Below, in pieces: positions 40,971 through 42,254 of a stretch of DNA of 42,254 nt; position 1 is the stretch's first letter; every line of letters starts with the position of its first letter. The notes beneath the pieces are model-generated. The model did no database searches. It worked only from the letters and a program-made list of their open reading frames with translations, and was not told the DNA's origin. The translations under genes were made by a program, and so were the position numbers. Location: NCBI GenBank assembly GCA_017543835.1, contig JAFYFJ010000001.1:1-42254 (forward strand), given 5' to 3'. The stretch comes from Alphaproteobacteria bacterium. GTDB lineage: Bacteria; Pseudomonadota; Alphaproteobacteria; RF32; CAG-239.

Positions 40971-41042
40971 AAACATCAGAAACCGAGCGTTTTTTTTGGA
41001 CGTGCGGTTGCTTTTTTATAACATATTAAAAAGGAGGAAAAA

Positions 41043-42254
41043 ATGGATATTTGGGATGAAATAAAAAAGTTGCAGGGCTATCAATCCGGCAACGGCAGGG
41101 TGGACAGTTACGGCGTTGACCACAGCGGATTTTCAACGCGTGATGAGTTGGAGTATCAAAGCGCACGGCTGGCAAGAGAAAATTTACTGGCGGAGAATTT
41201 CAGCAAGCAAGGGATAGCCGAAGAAAACTATCCGCAGTTCGGCACAAACTTTTGGGGCGGCTCGCCGGAAAACAACTACGGCTTCGGCACTTCAAACATT
41301 AAGCAAAATATTGAAAATGTTACAAATCGGCTTAATAACAACACAAATAACGGGCAGGTCTTTGCAAACTCTGATTATACAGTCAACACCGAAAGCTTAG
41401 TCGGCAAACCAAGCAGTTATTTCCAGAATAATAACTCTGTCTTCGCAAATTCTGACTATACTGTCAACACCGAAAGCTTAGTCGGCAAACCGAGCAGTTA
41501 TTTTCAAAATAACAACTCCACCGGCGGATGGGGAAATAATAACACAAGTGGTTGGAATAACAACACTGTCGGTTTCGGCGGAAATACAAGCAACGGGTTT
41601 AATCAAAATACAAATTTTAGCGCAAATCCGAATTATGGCACAGCGCCAACATTACAAAATCAAACCCCAACGCCGTGGAGTTATAACGAACCGCAAACAG
41701 CCTCGACACCATGGAGCAACGGCACAACGACAGCCACGCCAACACTGTGGAGCAATAACGCAACCAATGTACAGTCATCACCGACAGTCCAAAATGTCAG
41801 CAATTATAATAACATTGATGCGCAAAAACAGGCACAAATATTACAAGCACAGCGTAATGCGGTCAATCAGATTTTGATGAACGGTATGGATGTGTTGTAT
41901 GGAATGAACCGAACCATAAACGGAATGACATTTGGCGGTTTGGACTATCTGGGGCAAAAATTCGGATTTGATTCACAGATGAACAATTATTTGCAGCTAA
42001 AAAATCCGCAAGAACGTGAGCTGGCGCAAAATGTCGGGCAACTTGTGCAATTGGGCGGCGGTGCTTTGACCGGTGGCGCATTGGCTAAAGCCGGATTGAA
42101 TCAAGCCAATATAGCGTATAATAAACTTACTCAATGGAATAGTAAGCGTAATCTTACAAACCAATTACAACGTGGAAATAATTTTAAGGATATTTATATG
42201 GGGAAAATTGATAGAGATAAGTTAAATACTCTTAATTCTGTTCGTCGTTCAGAA
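41043..42254 (+). CDS. Large N/Q/W-rich protein, N-terminal 404 aa (runs off the right edge); function unknown
   Basis: It is not in the ORF track because it has no stop in the window. I translated the frame from the ATG at 41043 (SD AAAGGAGGA) and found no stop through 42254. It starts MDIWDEIKKLQGYQSGNG and contains an exact 27-aa tandem repeat, TPW/LW repeats and a Gly-rich hydrophobic segment LVQLGGGALTGGALAKAGL. Confidence 0.75.
   Translation, partial: MDIWDEIKKLQGYQSGNGRVDSYGVDHSGFSTRDELEYQSARLARENLLAENFSKQGIAEENYPQFGTNFWGGSPENNYGFGTSNIKQNIENVTNRLNNNTNNGQVFANSDYTVNTESLVGKPSSYFQNNNSVFANSDYTVNTESLVGKPSSYFQNNNSTGGWGNNNTSGWNNNTVGFGGNTSNGFNQNTNFSANPNYGTAPTLQNQTPTPWSYNEPQTASTPWSNGTTTATPTLWSNNATNVQSSPTVQNVSNYNNIDAQKQAQILQAQRNAVNQILMNGMDVLYGMNRTINGMTFGGLDYLGQKFGFDSQMNNYLQLKNPQERELAQNVGQLVQLGGGALTGGALAKAGLNQANIAYNKLTQWNSKRNLTNQLQRGNNFKDIYMGKIDRDKLNTLNSVRRSE
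41358..41519 (+). repeat. 81-nt tandem repeat (2 units) encoding the identical 27-aa peptide VFANSDYTVNTESLVGKPSSYFQNNNS
   Basis: The units are 41358-41438 and 41439-41519. They differ at 9 nt, all at synonymous third-codon positions. Confidence 0.95.

Noticed and set aside
41043-42254. Assigning the large N/Q-rich protein to a specific polymorphic-toxin pre-toxin domain (PT-TG) or a tape-measure family
   Set aside because: The GMTFGGLDYLG segment only vaguely resembles what I remember of such domains. The diagnostic C-terminal part lies outside the window, so I leave the protein as function unknown.

Overview
This is a 42,254-bp bacterial chromosomal window. All calls rest on the supplied translations, my own translation of the two edge-truncated ORFs, and remembered family motifs. 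No database search was possible.

Backbone (housekeeping genes):
- mfd (partial, minus strand) lies divergent from recG (plus strand), and recG is broken by one in-frame TAA.
- A long U32 peptidase and a CspA-type cold-shock protein follow.
- A short, divergent metK-like gene lies divergent from mtnN/pfs.
- A tightly packed minus-strand run reads lspA > DUF3035-type lipoprotein > two M16 peptidases > pgi > mutL.
- corA and tRNA-Leu(GAG) complete the backbone.
- The lspA-DUF3035-M16-M16 arrangement suggests an alphaproteobacterium-like organism (inference only).

Visibly more AT-rich accessory stretches are interleaved with the backbone:
- (i) 5.3-7.1 kb: a three-gene lipoprotein / SHOCT / DUF2085 operon bracketed by two identical copies of a hairpin repeat.
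- (ii) 7.4-10.9 kb: an array of small, mostly membrane or lipoprotein genes. They are separated by recycled terminator+promoter junction modules and all start in an invariant GCKTATG context.
- (iii) 13.3-17.5 kb: a membrane-anchored orphan protein (paralog at 30.7-31.9 kb), MGE-like gene remnants and four more copies of the hairpin repeat (one degenerate at 14961-15008, three clustered at 17017-17406).
- (iv) 34.8-40.2 kb: a glycan-assembly operon in which five enzymes of unrelated folds and one stand-alone 69-aa ORF share a KLFGFIPLLSI-type peptide tail.
- (v) 41.0 kb to the window end: a large N/Q/W-rich protein that runs off the window, behind a terminator-containing leader.

I saw no rRNA, CRISPR array, transposase, integrase or recognisable defence or toxin enzyme gene.
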